Assembly (NCBI GenBank): GCA_046292385.1
Contig: JBKBRF010000002.1
Span: forward strand, 64,001-128,000
Length of the DNA stretch: 64,000 nt
Direction: 5' to 3'
Source of the DNA: Armatimonadota bacterium
GTDB taxonomy: Bacteria > Armatimonadota > SYMT01
How positions within the stretch are numbered: the first letter of the stretch is position 1; each line of letters starts with the position of its first letter. A program made the translations under genes and the position numbers. Of the stretch, positions 10,056-19,143 are shown one piece after another. The notes under the pieces were generated by a model. It had not been told where the DNA came from. It ran no database searches and was given only the letters and a program-made list of their open reading frames with translations.

Positions 10056-11381
10056 ATGCCAAACGCCCAGATCCACAACCGCATGACTCGCCGCAAGCTG
10101 CTCGCCTCCGTGCCGCTTGCGACCGCGGTGCTGGGCAGCACGGGCTGCGGCGTGGTGGGCGGGAAGACCCCGGTGCGGTTCTGGAACGGCTTCACCGGGC
10201 CGGACGGCCGTACCATGCTGCGCATGGTGAAGCGGTTCAACCAGGAGAACCCGGACGTCCACGTGGTGATGCAGCGGAGCGAGTGGGCCACCCACTACAA
10301 CAAGGTGTTCGTGGCCGGCCTCGGCAAGCGGGCTCCGGAGGTTTTCGTCGTCCACACCCGCACCATGGAGCGGTTCGTCCGCGCGGGGCTGGTCCGCCCG
10401 AACGACGACCTCGTCTCCGGCGCCGCGGCGGGAGAGCCGCTCGACGTCTCGGACCTCGACACCAACGTGTGGGAAGGGGTGGAGTTCGACGGCCGGCATT
10501 ACGCGTTGCCGATCGACGTCCACGCGATGGGTATGTACTTCAACCGCGCGCGCTTCCGCGAGGCGGGGCTGGTCGGCGCCGGGGGGGAGCCGGTCCTGCC
10601 GACCGACCGGGAGGGGCTGCTCGACGCCTGTCACCAGATGACGCGCCCCGCCCGCGGCGGCGAGCCGCCGCGGTGGGGGTACGTCTTCCACAACTGGGAG
10701 GGGCACCTCTACACCTTCATGCGCCAGTTCGGCGGCGAGTTCTTCACGTCGGACCACCGCCGGTGCCTGCTGCACAACCCGGAGAACGTCGCCGCGCTGC
10801 AGCTCTGCGTCGACATGATCCGCCGCTACCAGGTGGCGCCGCCCCCCGAGAACTTTGACTCCTGGATCGGGTTCCGGCAGGGGAAGGTTGGCATCACCTA
10901 CGAGGGGATCTACATGCTGGCCGACCTGCAGAAGCAACAGGACCTCGACTACGGCGGCGCGCCGGTGCCGCTGGTCGGCACCGAAAAGGCGGTCTTCGCC
11001 GACTCGCACAACCTCTGCCTCCGCGCCGACCTCGAAGGCCCGCAGTTGGAGGCGGCGTGGCGGTTCCTGCGGTTCCTCTCGGACCACAGCCTCGATTGGG
11101 CGGAGGGCGGGCAGATCCCGGTGCGGCAGAGCCTGCGCGCCACCCCGCGCTTTGCGAGCATGACGGTCCAGTCCGCCTTCGCGCGTCAGATCCCGTACGT
11201 CACCTACTTCCCCCGGATGACCTACATCCTGGAGTTCCTGCGAGAGTACAACCTGGCGATCGAGCTCGCCACGCGCGGGCGCGCCTCCGCGAGCGACGCG
11301 CTCCGGGGCGCGGAGGAGCGGGTGAACCGGATCATCCAGCGGGAGCGGTCCGCGCAGCGGACGGGTGAGGTGTGGGTATGA
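10056..11381 (+). CDS. Sugar ABC transporter substrate-binding lipoprotein
   Basis: TRRKLL twin-arginine-like signal, STGC lipobox, FWNGFTGPDG, YALPIDVH; alternative ATG 10083. Confidence 0.9.
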   Translation: MPNAQIHNRMTRRKLLASVPLATAVLGSTGCGVVGGKTPVRFWNGFTGPDGRTMLRMVKRFNQENPDVHVVMQRSEWATHYNKVFVAGLGKRAPEVFVVHTRTMERFVRAGLVRPNDDLVSGAAAGEPLDVSDLDTNVWEGVEFDGRHYALPIDVHAMGMYFNRARFREAGLVGAGGEPVLPTDREGLLDACHQMTRPARGGEPPRWGYVFHNWEGHLYTFMRQFGGEFFTSDHRRCLLHNPENVAALQLCVDMIRRYQVAPPPENFDSWIGFRQGKVGITYEGIYMLADLQKQQDLDYGGAPVPLVGTEKAVFADSHNLCLRADLEGPQLEAAWRFLRFLSDHSLDWAEGGQIPVRQSLRATPRFASMTVQSAFARQIPYVTYFPRMTYILEFLREYNLAIELATRGRASASDALRGAEERVNRIIQRERSAQRTGEVWV

Positions 11382-12250
11382 GCCGGGCGCGTGGGCGTGA
11401 GAACGCCTCCAAATACCTCTTCGCGCTGCCGTTCCTGGTGCTCTTCGGCGGCTTCGTGGCGCTGCCGCTCGTCTACGGCCTGGTGCTCAGCCTCTTCCGC
11501 TGGGACATGCTCTCCGCCCTGCCGCCCCGCTTCATCGGGCTCGACAACTACCGCGAGGCGCTCGGCGACCGCTACTTCTGGATGGCGCTCGGCGCCACCG
11601 GCCGGTTCGTCGGCATGGCGGTCCCGCTCACGGTCTGCGTGGCGCTCGCGGTGGCGGTCGGCATCAACGGCGTCCCCTCCCGCTACCAGGCGTTCTACCG
11701 CGCCGCCTACTACCTGCCGACCGTCATCACCATTACGGTGGCCGGCCTGCTCTGGCGCTGGTTCTACAACAGCGAGTTCGGGCTGTTCAACGCTTACCTG
11801 GGCCAGGTCGGGATGAAGGTGCCCTGGATCACCGATCCGCGGTGGGCGATGCTCTCCCTGGTGCTGATGACGGTCTGGTGGACGGTCGGCGGCCCCATGG
11901 TGGCGCTGCTCGCCGGCCTGCAGAACATCCCGGCGGCGTACTACGAGGCGGCGGCACTCGACGGCGCCACCGGCTGGAACCGCTTCCGCCACGTCACGCT
12001 GCCGCTCCTCCGGCCGGTGCTGCTCTTCGTGGTGGTAATGAACGTGATCGGCGCGTTCCAGGTGTTCGGGCAGGTCTACATCATCACCCGCGGCGGCCCG
12101 GAGATGAGCACGCGGACGATGGTCCAGTACATCTACGAGACCGCCTTCAACAACTACCGGATGGGGTACGCCGCGGCGCTGAGCTGGCTGCTCTTTGCGG
12201 TGATCGCGCTTTTCTCGCTGCTGCAGTTTCGGTTGATGAGGGAGCGATGA
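11378..12250 (+). CDS. Carbohydrate ABC permease (MalF-like)
   Basis: FIGLDNY, LAGLQNIP..YYEAAALDGA EAA loop, MGYAAA; ATGA overlap with the binding-protein gene. Confidence 0.93.
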   Translation: MSRARGRENASKYLFALPFLVLFGGFVALPLVYGLVLSLFRWDMLSALPPRFIGLDNYREALGDRYFWMALGATGRFVGMAVPLTVCVALAVAVGINGVPSRYQAFYRAAYYLPTVITITVAGLLWRWFYNSEFGLFNAYLGQVGMKVPWITDPRWAMLSLVLMTVWWTVGGPMVALLAGLQNIPAAYYEAAALDGATGWNRFRHVTLPLLRPVLLFVVVMNVIGAFQVFGQVYIITRGGPEMSTRTMVQYIYETAFNNYRMGYAAALSWLLFAVIALFSLLQFRLMRER

Positions 12251-12321
12251 GCTTCGTTTTCTTTCCAGAGCTGAAGGACGTGGTGTTCTGCTGCTCGTCG
12301 CACAGCAGCAAACATCCCGAG

Positions 12322-12903
12322 CGTCCGACCCCGCGCCCTTGTGCCGGGAGGCAGCCCTCCCGCGGCGGGTGCCCTCCGCGGCCTTTTCACGCTCCGGCTT
12401 CGCCTCCGCTAGCAGGCCGCTCCGGGAGTGCGCTCCGGTTCGCTCTTCCCGCGTCACAGACGGGATCACCCCAACAGCCTGGTTCACGGGCTGCCTCCCG
12501 GCCCTTCGAGCGAACCCCCCTACGCCCAGGGGGGTTCACAGGTGCCGCCCTTCGGGCGCCCTGGTTTCTGGCTGCGGCGCAACCGGTACCGCGCTTCATC
12601 CTGCGATCAGACATCCCAGACGCTATGGGGCCAGAAACTATCGGAGCCTGGAGGCGCTGCCGCAGGCAGAGCCGGAGGGATCCCTTTGTGACCACCCCTA
12701 GCGGGGGTGGTTGCTTGAGCCGGGCGGGGCGGCCCGTGAATCGCGGTGCCGGTTCAGCCGCAGCTTGCGAACGCGGAGCGCAGCCTTCCGCCGCGCACGC
12801 CCGGACCAGCCCGCTAACGGAGCGGAGCGGAGTGTGAAAGGGCTGAGGAAGGGCCACACACGCGGGAGGGCCGCCCCGCCCGGTGAGGGCACGGGGTGGA
12901 ACC
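12322..12903. repeat. Long degenerate inverted repeat (~220 bp arms) in a 740 bp intra-operon gap
   Basis: Left arm ~12322-12543 aligns to the reverse complement of ~12685-12903 (e.g. CCCTCCCGCG/CGCGGGAGGG, TTTCACGCTCCG/CGGAGTGTGAAA, TTCACGGGC/GCCCGTGAA). Confidence 0.75.
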
Positions 12904-12988
12904 CCGGTGAGAAGCCGGTCCCGCCCAGCAAAGACCGCCTACGACAACAGCCTGAACCAAGAACCCCATCTCACCGAGGAGAACCCGG

Positions 12989-15445
12989 ATGCGCCGAAGA
13001 CGCTCTCACCTCACGTCATCCTTAATCGTCACCTCCGCCCTGCTCGCCCTCACCGCCTGGCAGGCGCACCACGGCCAGGCGCAGGAGGCGCCCGCGGCGG
13101 CGGAGCTGGTGGTGCACGCCGACCGGCCCGGGCCGCGGGTCAGCCCGCTGATGTACGGGGTCTTCTTCGAGGAGATCAACCACGCGGGCGACGGCGGGAT
13201 CTACGCGGAGCTGGTGCGGAACCGCTCGTTCGAGGACGGCACCGCGCCCGAGGCATGGAGCGCGGTGGCGCGGGAGGGTGGGCAGCCGGTGCTGGCGCTC
13301 GATACCGACCGGCCGCTGAACGCGGCGCAGGGGAAGTCGCTGCGTGTGGAGCTGCGCGGCCCGGGCGCGGCCGGGGTCGCGAACGACGGCTACTGGGGCG
13401 TGCCGGTGCGGAAGGGGGCGGAGTACCGGCTCTCGCTCTTCGCGCGCGCCTCCTCCCGGCTGCGGACGCCGCTGGTCGCCTCGCTGGAGGGGAAGGACGG
13501 CCGGGTCTACGCCCGCAGAGAGCTGGGCGGGCTGAAGGAGGAGTGGACGCGCCTGACCGGCACGCTGCGCGCGAGCGAGAGCGACCCCGCCGCGCGGCTG
13601 GTCCTCACCACGCCGGGCACCGGGACACTGTGGCTCGACGTCGTCTCCCTCTTCCCGGCGGACACCTGGAAGGGGCGGGCGAACGGGCTGCGGCGGGACC
13701 TGGCCGAGAAGGTGGCAGGGCTCGCCCCCGCGTTCGTGCGGTTCCCGGGCGGCTGCTTCGTGGAGGGCTCCCGGCTGGAGAACGCGGTCCGCTGGAAGCG
13801 GACGATCGGCCCGATCGAGGAGCGGCCGGGTCACCCGAACGCGAAGTGGGGTTACCGCTCCAGCGACGGCCTCGGCTACCACGAGTACCTGCAGTGGTGC
13901 GAGGACCTCGGCGCGGAGCCGATCTTCATCATTAACTGCGGGATGGCGTGCGGCTTCGACGGCGGCGAGTGCGTGCCGCTGGAGGAGCTGGGCGAGTGGA
14001 TCCAGGACGCGCTCGACGCGATCGAGTACGCGAACGGTCCGGTCACCAGCCGCTGGGGCGCCGTGCGGGCGAAGAACGGGCATCCGAAGCCGTTCAACAT
14101 GAAGCTCCTGGGGGTCGGCAACGAGAACGGCTGGGGCCAGTACCTCCCGCAGTATGAGGAGCGGTACGCGCGCTTCTACGACGCGATCAAGAAGCGCTAC
14201 CCGGAGATGCAGCTCATCGCCACCACGCCGGTCCGCTCCCGGCCGATGGACATCCTGGACGACCACTACTACAACAACCCGCAGTGGTTCTGGGCGAACA
14301 CCGGCCTCTACGACCGCCGCGACCGCAAGGGGCCGAAGATTTACGTCGGCGAGTTCGCCGTCACGCAGAACGCCGGCACCGGCAACCTGGCGGCGGCGGT
14401 GGCGGAGGCGGCGTTCATGACCGGCCTGGAGCGGAACGCCGACCTGGTGCAGATGGCCTCCTACGCGCCGCTATTCGTGAACGTGCGGGACCGCAAGTGG
14501 AACCCGGACGCGATCCCGTTCGACACCAGCCGCAGCTACGGCACGCCGTCGTACTACGTGCAGAAGCTGTTCGCGGAGAACCGGCCCGACGTGGTGCTAA
14601 ACAGCGAGCTCTCTCTGCCGCCGGCGACGGTAGAGAAAGGCGGGATCGGCCTCGGCACCTGGCTCACGCAGGCGGAGTTCAAGGACGTCGAGGTGATCCG
14701 GGACGGCAAGACGGTCTACTCTTCCCGCTTCCAGGATGACGCGCCGGAGTGGCGGCGGCAGGGCGGGGAGTGGTCGGTGCGGAACGGCGCCCTCCGGCAG
14801 AGCGCCGCGGGCGAGGACCGGCGGATCGTGCTGGCGGAGCCGTCGCTGGCGGACGCCTCCGACTACACCCTCCGCCTGAAGGCGCGCAAGCTGGGCGGCG
14901 CGGAAGGCTTCCTGATCATGTTCCGGAACCGCAGCCGCGGCGACTTCTACTGGTGGAACATCGGCGGCTGGCAGAACCGGGAGCACGCGATCGAAAAGGG
15001 GGTCGGCGGCGGAAAGGTGACCCTGGGGCCGCGCGTGCCGGGCAGCGTGGAGACGGGCCGCTGGTACGACATCCGGATCGAGCTGCAGGGTCCGCGGGTC
15101 CGCTGCTACCTCGACGGCAAGCTGATCCACGACGAGATCGATCGCGGCACGCCGGACCTGGCGGCGGTGGCGGGACGGGTCGACCGCACCGGCGAGATCA
15201 TCCTGAAGGTGGCGAACGGCGCGGAGACCGCCCGCCCGATGACGCTGCGGCTGAACGGCGCCGGCTTGCTGCGGGGGACCGGCACCGCCACCGTGCTCAC
15301 CTCCGGCTCGATGGCGGACGAGAACTCGCTCGACCAGCCGGAGCGGGTGGCGCCGCGCACGGTGCCGGTGGAGGGGGTGAGCTCCCGGTTCACCTACACC
15401 TTCCCGCCGCGCTCCGTGACGGTGCTGCGGCTGAAGAAGCGCTGA
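12989..15445 (+). CDS. Secreted GH51 alpha-L-arabinofuranosidase with an inserted beta-sandwich domain
   Basis: Signal peptide; YGVFFEEINHAGDGGIYAELVRNRSFE, RFPGGCFVEG, GVGNEN, YVGEFA, VQMASYAPLF. Confidence 0.93.
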   Translation: MRRRRSHLTSSLIVTSALLALTAWQAHHGQAQEAPAAAELVVHADRPGPRVSPLMYGVFFEEINHAGDGGIYAELVRNRSFEDGTAPEAWSAVAREGGQPVLALDTDRPLNAAQGKSLRVELRGPGAAGVANDGYWGVPVRKGAEYRLSLFARASSRLRTPLVASLEGKDGRVYARRELGGLKEEWTRLTGTLRASESDPAARLVLTTPGTGTLWLDVVSLFPADTWKGRANGLRRDLAEKVAGLAPAFVRFPGGCFVEGSRLENAVRWKRTIGPIEERPGHPNAKWGYRSSDGLGYHEYLQWCEDLGAEPIFIINCGMACGFDGGECVPLEELGEWIQDALDAIEYANGPVTSRWGAVRAKNGHPKPFNMKLLGVGNENGWGQYLPQYEERYARFYDAIKKRYPEMQLIATTPVRSRPMDILDDHYYNNPQWFWANTGLYDRRDRKGPKIYVGEFAVTQNAGTGNLAAAVAEAAFMTGLERNADLVQMASYAPLFVNVRDRKWNPDAIPFDTSRSYGTPSYYVQKLFAENRPDVVLNSELSLPPATVEKGGIGLGTWLTQAEFKDVEVIRDGKTVYSSRFQDDAPEWRRQGGEWSVRNGALRQSAAGEDRRIVLAEPSLADASDYTLRLKARKLGGAEGFLIMFRNRSRGDFYWWNIGGWQNREHAIEKGVGGGKVTLGPRVPGSVETGRWYDIRIELQGPRVRCYLDGKLIHDEIDRGTPDLAAVAGRVDRTGEIILKVANGAETARPMTLRLNGAGLLRGTGTATVLTSGSMADENSLDQPERVAPRTVPVEGVSSRFTYTFPPRSVTVLRLKKR

Positions 15446-15458
15446 GAGGCGGTTCCGG

Positions 15459-16322
15459 ATGCAGACGGTGATCCCACGCAAGCGGACCGGAAGGCGGCCG
15501 GGGACCCTGAGCTGGGCCCTCGGTCCGCTCCTGCTCGCGCTTGGCGCGCTGCTCTTCCTGGCGCCGGTGGCGATCATGCTGCTGACCGCGCTCAAGCCGG
15601 ACGCGGAGATCGTCCACTTCCGCAGCATCTGGCCGGAAGACGCGACGCTGGCCAACTTCCGGGAGATCCTGGGCAGCGCGGAGGAGATCCCGATCTTCCG
15701 CTGGCTGGGGAACAGCCTGCTGATCTCCTCCAGCGTCGCCGCGCTCGTGGTGACGGTCAGCTCGCTGGCGGCCTACGCCTTCGCGCGGCTCGACCTGCCC
15801 GGGAAGCGGTGGCTCTTCCCGCTGGTGGTCGGCACGCTGATGGTGCCCGGCCAGGTGCTGCTGGTGCCGGTCTACATGATCCTCAACCAGCTCGGCTGGA
15901 TCGATACGCCGCTGGCGCTGATCGTACCCGCGGGCGGGAGCGCCTTCGGCTTCTTCATGCTGCACCAGTTCTTCCTCGGCATCCCGCGGGAGCTGGAGGA
16001 GGCGTCCGAGCTCGACGGCTGCTCCCGCCTCGGCACCTTCCTGAACGTGGTGCTCCCGCTCTCCCGGCCCGCCCTGGCGGCGCTGGCAATCTTCGTCTTC
16101 GTCGGCTCCTGGAACGACTTCCTCGGCCCGCTGGTCTTCCTCGACTCGGTGGAGCGGTACACGCTGCCGGTCGGCGTCGCCCTCTTCCAGAGCTCCTACG
16201 CTACGGAATACGGCCTCACCCTCGCCGCCGCCGTGATCTGCACCTTCCCGGCCGTCGCCGCGTTCCTGCTCTTCCAGCGCCAGATCATCCAGGGGATCGC
16301 GGTGACGGGGCTGAAGGAGTGA
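15459..16322 (+). CDS. Carbohydrate ABC permease (MalG-like)
   Basis: NSLLIS, AAYAFARL, IPRELEEASELDG, WNDFLGPLV. Confidence 0.93.
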   Translation: MQTVIPRKRTGRRPGTLSWALGPLLLALGALLFLAPVAIMLLTALKPDAEIVHFRSIWPEDATLANFREILGSAEEIPIFRWLGNSLLISSSVAALVVTVSSLAAYAFARLDLPGKRWLFPLVVGTLMVPGQVLLVPVYMILNQLGWIDTPLALIVPAGGSAFGFFMLHQFFLGIPRELEEASELDGCSRLGTFLNVVLPLSRPALAALAIFVFVGSWNDFLGPLVFLDSVERYTLPVGVALFQSSYATEYGLTLAAAVICTFPAVAAFLLFQRQIIQGIAVTGLKE

Positions 16323-16344
16323 TCAGCCAAGGGAACCACCCGAA

Positions 16345-16675
16345 CTGAAAGGGGATAGGGGGATGGGGAACGGAGATGATGGGGATGGGCAGCCAACCAA
16401 ACTTAGTTCCTACTGCTCTGAAAACAGCCTTCCAGGGCGTAGGAGACAGGCTGACGCTCCGGCACGGCCTAACCCCCCAACCCCCTTCCCTAAAGTGGAA
16501 GGGGGAGCAGGCTAGCTTTCCACCGATAGCTTCCCTCTCCTCTCAGGAGAGGGACCGAGGGTGAGGCCCCGTGAGAGGGCTTCAGCCCCCCGCGCATAGG
16601 CGGCCCGTCCACGGTCAAGGAACGGTCGGACTTTAGCCTTTTGCCTTTAGCCTTTTGCCTTTTGCCTTTTGCCTC
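16345..16675. repeat. Composite intergenic repeat: GGGGAT-rich head, two CCC..GGG hairpin modules, (GCCTTT[AT])n heptamer tail
   Basis: Head and tail match 62840-62900 and 63117-63148; heptamer array at 16631-16674. Confidence 0.75.
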
Positions 16676-16721
16676 TTACGTCTCCTCATCTCCTTTTCTT
16701 ACACTTTTGCGGAGGCCCGGA

Positions 16722-17825
16722 ATGATCCACCATAGACGCCCCAGCTTTCGCATCGCTGTCGCCATGGCGGTGGGGGTGGGGCTGCTGTTTGGGGCGGCGG
16801 GGCTGACGCGGGCGCAGCGGGCGCCGGAGCCGGCGGCGGGGGCGATCCGGCACGTGCACGACCCGTGCCTGATCAAGCAGGGCGACGCCTACTATCTCTT
16901 CTCCACCGGCCACGGGATTCCGATCCGGAAGTCGAAGGATCTGGTTCGCTGGGAGCTGGTGGGACGCGTCTTCAAAGAAGACCTGCCCACGTGGGCCAGG
17001 GAGGAGATCCCCGGCAGCGTCTTCCCCTGGGCGCCGGACATCGCCTACCTCAACGGGCGGTACCATCTCTACTACTCCGTCTCCTCGTTCGGGAAGAACC
17101 GCTCGCTGATCGCGCTCGCGACGAACAAGACGCTCGACCCGCAGAGCCCGGACTACGCCTGGAAGGACGAAGGGAAGGTGTTCGAGTCGCACCCCGGCGA
17201 CGACCACAACGCGATCGACTCGAACGTGCTCCTCACGAAGCAGAGCGACCGGGAGCGGCTGGCGTTCACCTTCGGCTCGTTCTGGTCCGGCCTCAAGCTG
17301 ATCGAGATGATGCCCACCACCGGCAAGCTGCCGGACAGCGGGGCGCCCGTAATCCGGATCGCCAGCCGCCCCCGCCCGGGCGCCGTGGAGGCGCCGTTCC
17401 TGATCGAGCGGGACGGCTACCACTACCTCTTCGTGTCGTTCGACTTCTGCTGCCGGGGCGTGCGGAGCACCTATAACATCCGGGTCGGGCGCTCGAAAAA
17501 GCTGGAGGGGCCGTACCTCGATCGGGAGGGCAAGTCGCTGCTGGAAGAAGGCGGGACGCCGGTGCTGGCGACAAAAGGGCGGGAGATCGGACCCGGGCAC
17601 TGCGCGGTGCTGCGGGAGCCGGGCCGCGACCTGCTGGTCTACCACTTCTACGACGGCATGGCGAACGGCATCCCCACGCTGCAGATCCGCCCGCTGAGCT
17701 GGGACGCGGACGGCTGGCCGACGCCCGGCGAGCCGCTCGTGCCGCTGCCCGATCCGGGCGTGAAGCCGGACGACGCGCCCGCCCGGCCGGACGACGGCTG
17801 CGCCGGCTGCGGGTCGGAAGACTGA
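16722..17825 (+). CDS. Secreted GH43 endo-1,5-alpha-L-arabinanase
   Basis: HVHDP, WAPD, YHLYYSVSSFGKNRS, NAIDSN, FGSFWSG, VEAPF, DFCCRG, GPGH; signal peptide; ORF-track start at 16641 lies in the heptamer repeat. Confidence 0.9.
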   Translation: MIHHRRPSFRIAVAMAVGVGLLFGAAGLTRAQRAPEPAAGAIRHVHDPCLIKQGDAYYLFSTGHGIPIRKSKDLVRWELVGRVFKEDLPTWAREEIPGSVFPWAPDIAYLNGRYHLYYSVSSFGKNRSLIALATNKTLDPQSPDYAWKDEGKVFESHPGDDHNAIDSNVLLTKQSDRERLAFTFGSFWSGLKLIEMMPTTGKLPDSGAPVIRIASRPRPGAVEAPFLIERDGYHYLFVSFDFCCRGVRSTYNIRVGRSKKLEGPYLDREGKSLLEEGGTPVLATKGREIGPGHCAVLREPGRDLLVYHFYDGMANGIPTLQIRPLSWDADGWPTPGEPLVPLPDPGVKPDDAPARPDDGCAGCGSED

Positions 17826-17856
17826 TCGGAACGCGAGAGGAAGAAGGAAGCGACAG

Positions 17857-18828
17857 ATGATCCTGGTGACCGGCGGCGCCGGCTACATCGGCAGCCACTA
17901 CGTTCTCTACGAGCGGGCCCGCGGGAGCGAGGTCGTGGTGCTCGACAACATGGTCTACGGCCACCCGGAGGCGGTGCTCGACGCGCCGCTGGTGGTGGGC
18001 GAGCTGGGCGACCGCGCCACGCTCGACCGCGTCTTCACGGAGTACCAGGTCGACGCGGTGGTCCACTTCGCCGCGTTCGCCTACGTGGGCGAATCGGTCA
18101 CGAAGCCGGAGAAGTACTACCACAACAACGTGGTCGCCACCCTCGGCCTGCTCGACGCGATGCGGGACCACGGGATCCGGCACTTCATCTTCTCGTCGTC
18201 GTGCGCCACCTACGGCAACCCGCAGTACGTCCCGATGGACGAGCAGCACCCGCAGGACCCGATCAACCCGTACGGGGAGAGCAAGTTCATCTGCGAGAAG
18301 ATCATGAAGGCGTATGACCGCGCCCACGGTCTCCGCTTCGCGGCGCTGCGCTACTTCAACGCCGCCGGCTGCGATCCGGAAGGCCGCATCGGCGAGAGCC
18401 ACGATCCGGAGACCCACCTGATCCCGCTGATCCTGCAGGCGGCCCAGGGGAAGCGGGACGCGATCACCGTCTTCGGCACCGACTACGACACGCCGGACGG
18501 CACCTGCATCCGGGACTACATCCACGTCCTCGACCTGGCCCAGGCGCACAGCCTCGCGCTGGAGCGGCTGCGCGGCGGCGGCGAGAGCGGCTTCTTCAAC
18601 CTGGGGACGGAGACGGGTCACTCCGTCCGCGAGGTGATCCGCGTCTGCGAAGAGGTCTCCGGCCGCCCCGTCCCGGTGCAGGAAGGCCCCCGCCGGGAAG
18701 GCGACCCGCCGCGACTGGTCGCCAGCGCAGCCAAGGCCCGCGAAGTGCTCGGCTGGCGCCCGCAGTACCTCGACCTGCGGGAGACGATCGCCACCGCCTG
18801 GAAGTGGGAGGAGAGCCGGCGGTACTGA
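17857..18828 (+). CDS. galE: UDP-sugar 4-epimerase, GalE family (Uxe/MUR4-like; candidate UDP-arabinose/UDP-xylose 4-epimerase)
   Basis: VTGGAGYIGSH, HFAAFAYVGES, FSSSCATYG, PINPYGESK (YxxxK), LRYFNAAG, DGTCIRDYIHV. Confidence 0.92.
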   Translation: MILVTGGAGYIGSHYVLYERARGSEVVVLDNMVYGHPEAVLDAPLVVGELGDRATLDRVFTEYQVDAVVHFAAFAYVGESVTKPEKYYHNNVVATLGLLDAMRDHGIRHFIFSSSCATYGNPQYVPMDEQHPQDPINPYGESKFICEKIMKAYDRAHGLRFAALRYFNAAGCDPEGRIGESHDPETHLIPLILQAAQGKRDAITVFGTDYDTPDGTCIRDYIHVLDLAQAHSLALERLRGGGESGFFNLGTETGHSVREVIRVCEEVSGRPVPVQEGPRREGDPPRLVASAAKAREVLGWRPQYLDLRETIATAWKWEESRRY

Positions 18829-18850
18829 GGGGGCTCATTCCGAACCGGGA

Positions 18851-19143
18851 ATTCACCGCAGAGACGCGGAGAGCGCGGAGAGAACCCGAACTTGAGGAAA
18901 GGGCCTGCTGCGCGTCTCGAGTTCCGTACAGCGGCCCCGACCCGAACCTCTTTCACCGCAGAGGACGCGGAGAGCGCAGAGGGGGGAACCAGAGATTTGT
19001 CCTGGTTCCGCTTCACGAGTGCCGTACAGCGGCCCCGGAGTTTCTCCTTCTGTTCCCCTCTTTGCGTCCTTTGCGTTCTTGGCGGTGAATCAGGTTCGGG
19101 TTCTCTCCGCGTCCTCTGCGTCTCTGCGGTGAATCAGGTTCGG
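18851..19143. repeat. Nested inverted repeats of the TTCACCGCAGAGACGC(G/A)GAG family between convergent genes
   Basis: Outer ~45 bp IR 18851-18895 / 19090-19134; inner IR 18952-18986 / 19055-19089; direct repeat CCGTACAGCGGCCCC at 18924 and 19022. Confidence 0.85.

Noticed and set aside
4560..18828. Ordinary galactose Leloir (galKTE) operon
   Set aside because: Not excluded but disfavoured: the kinase lacks GalK's GEHTDY motif, the linked hydrolases are arabinan-type, and no beta-galactosidase, mutarotase or phosphoglucomutase is present.
4282..19143. CRISPR array among the repeats
   Set aside because: The repeats are inverted or short tandem units without regular unique spacers, and no cas genes are present.
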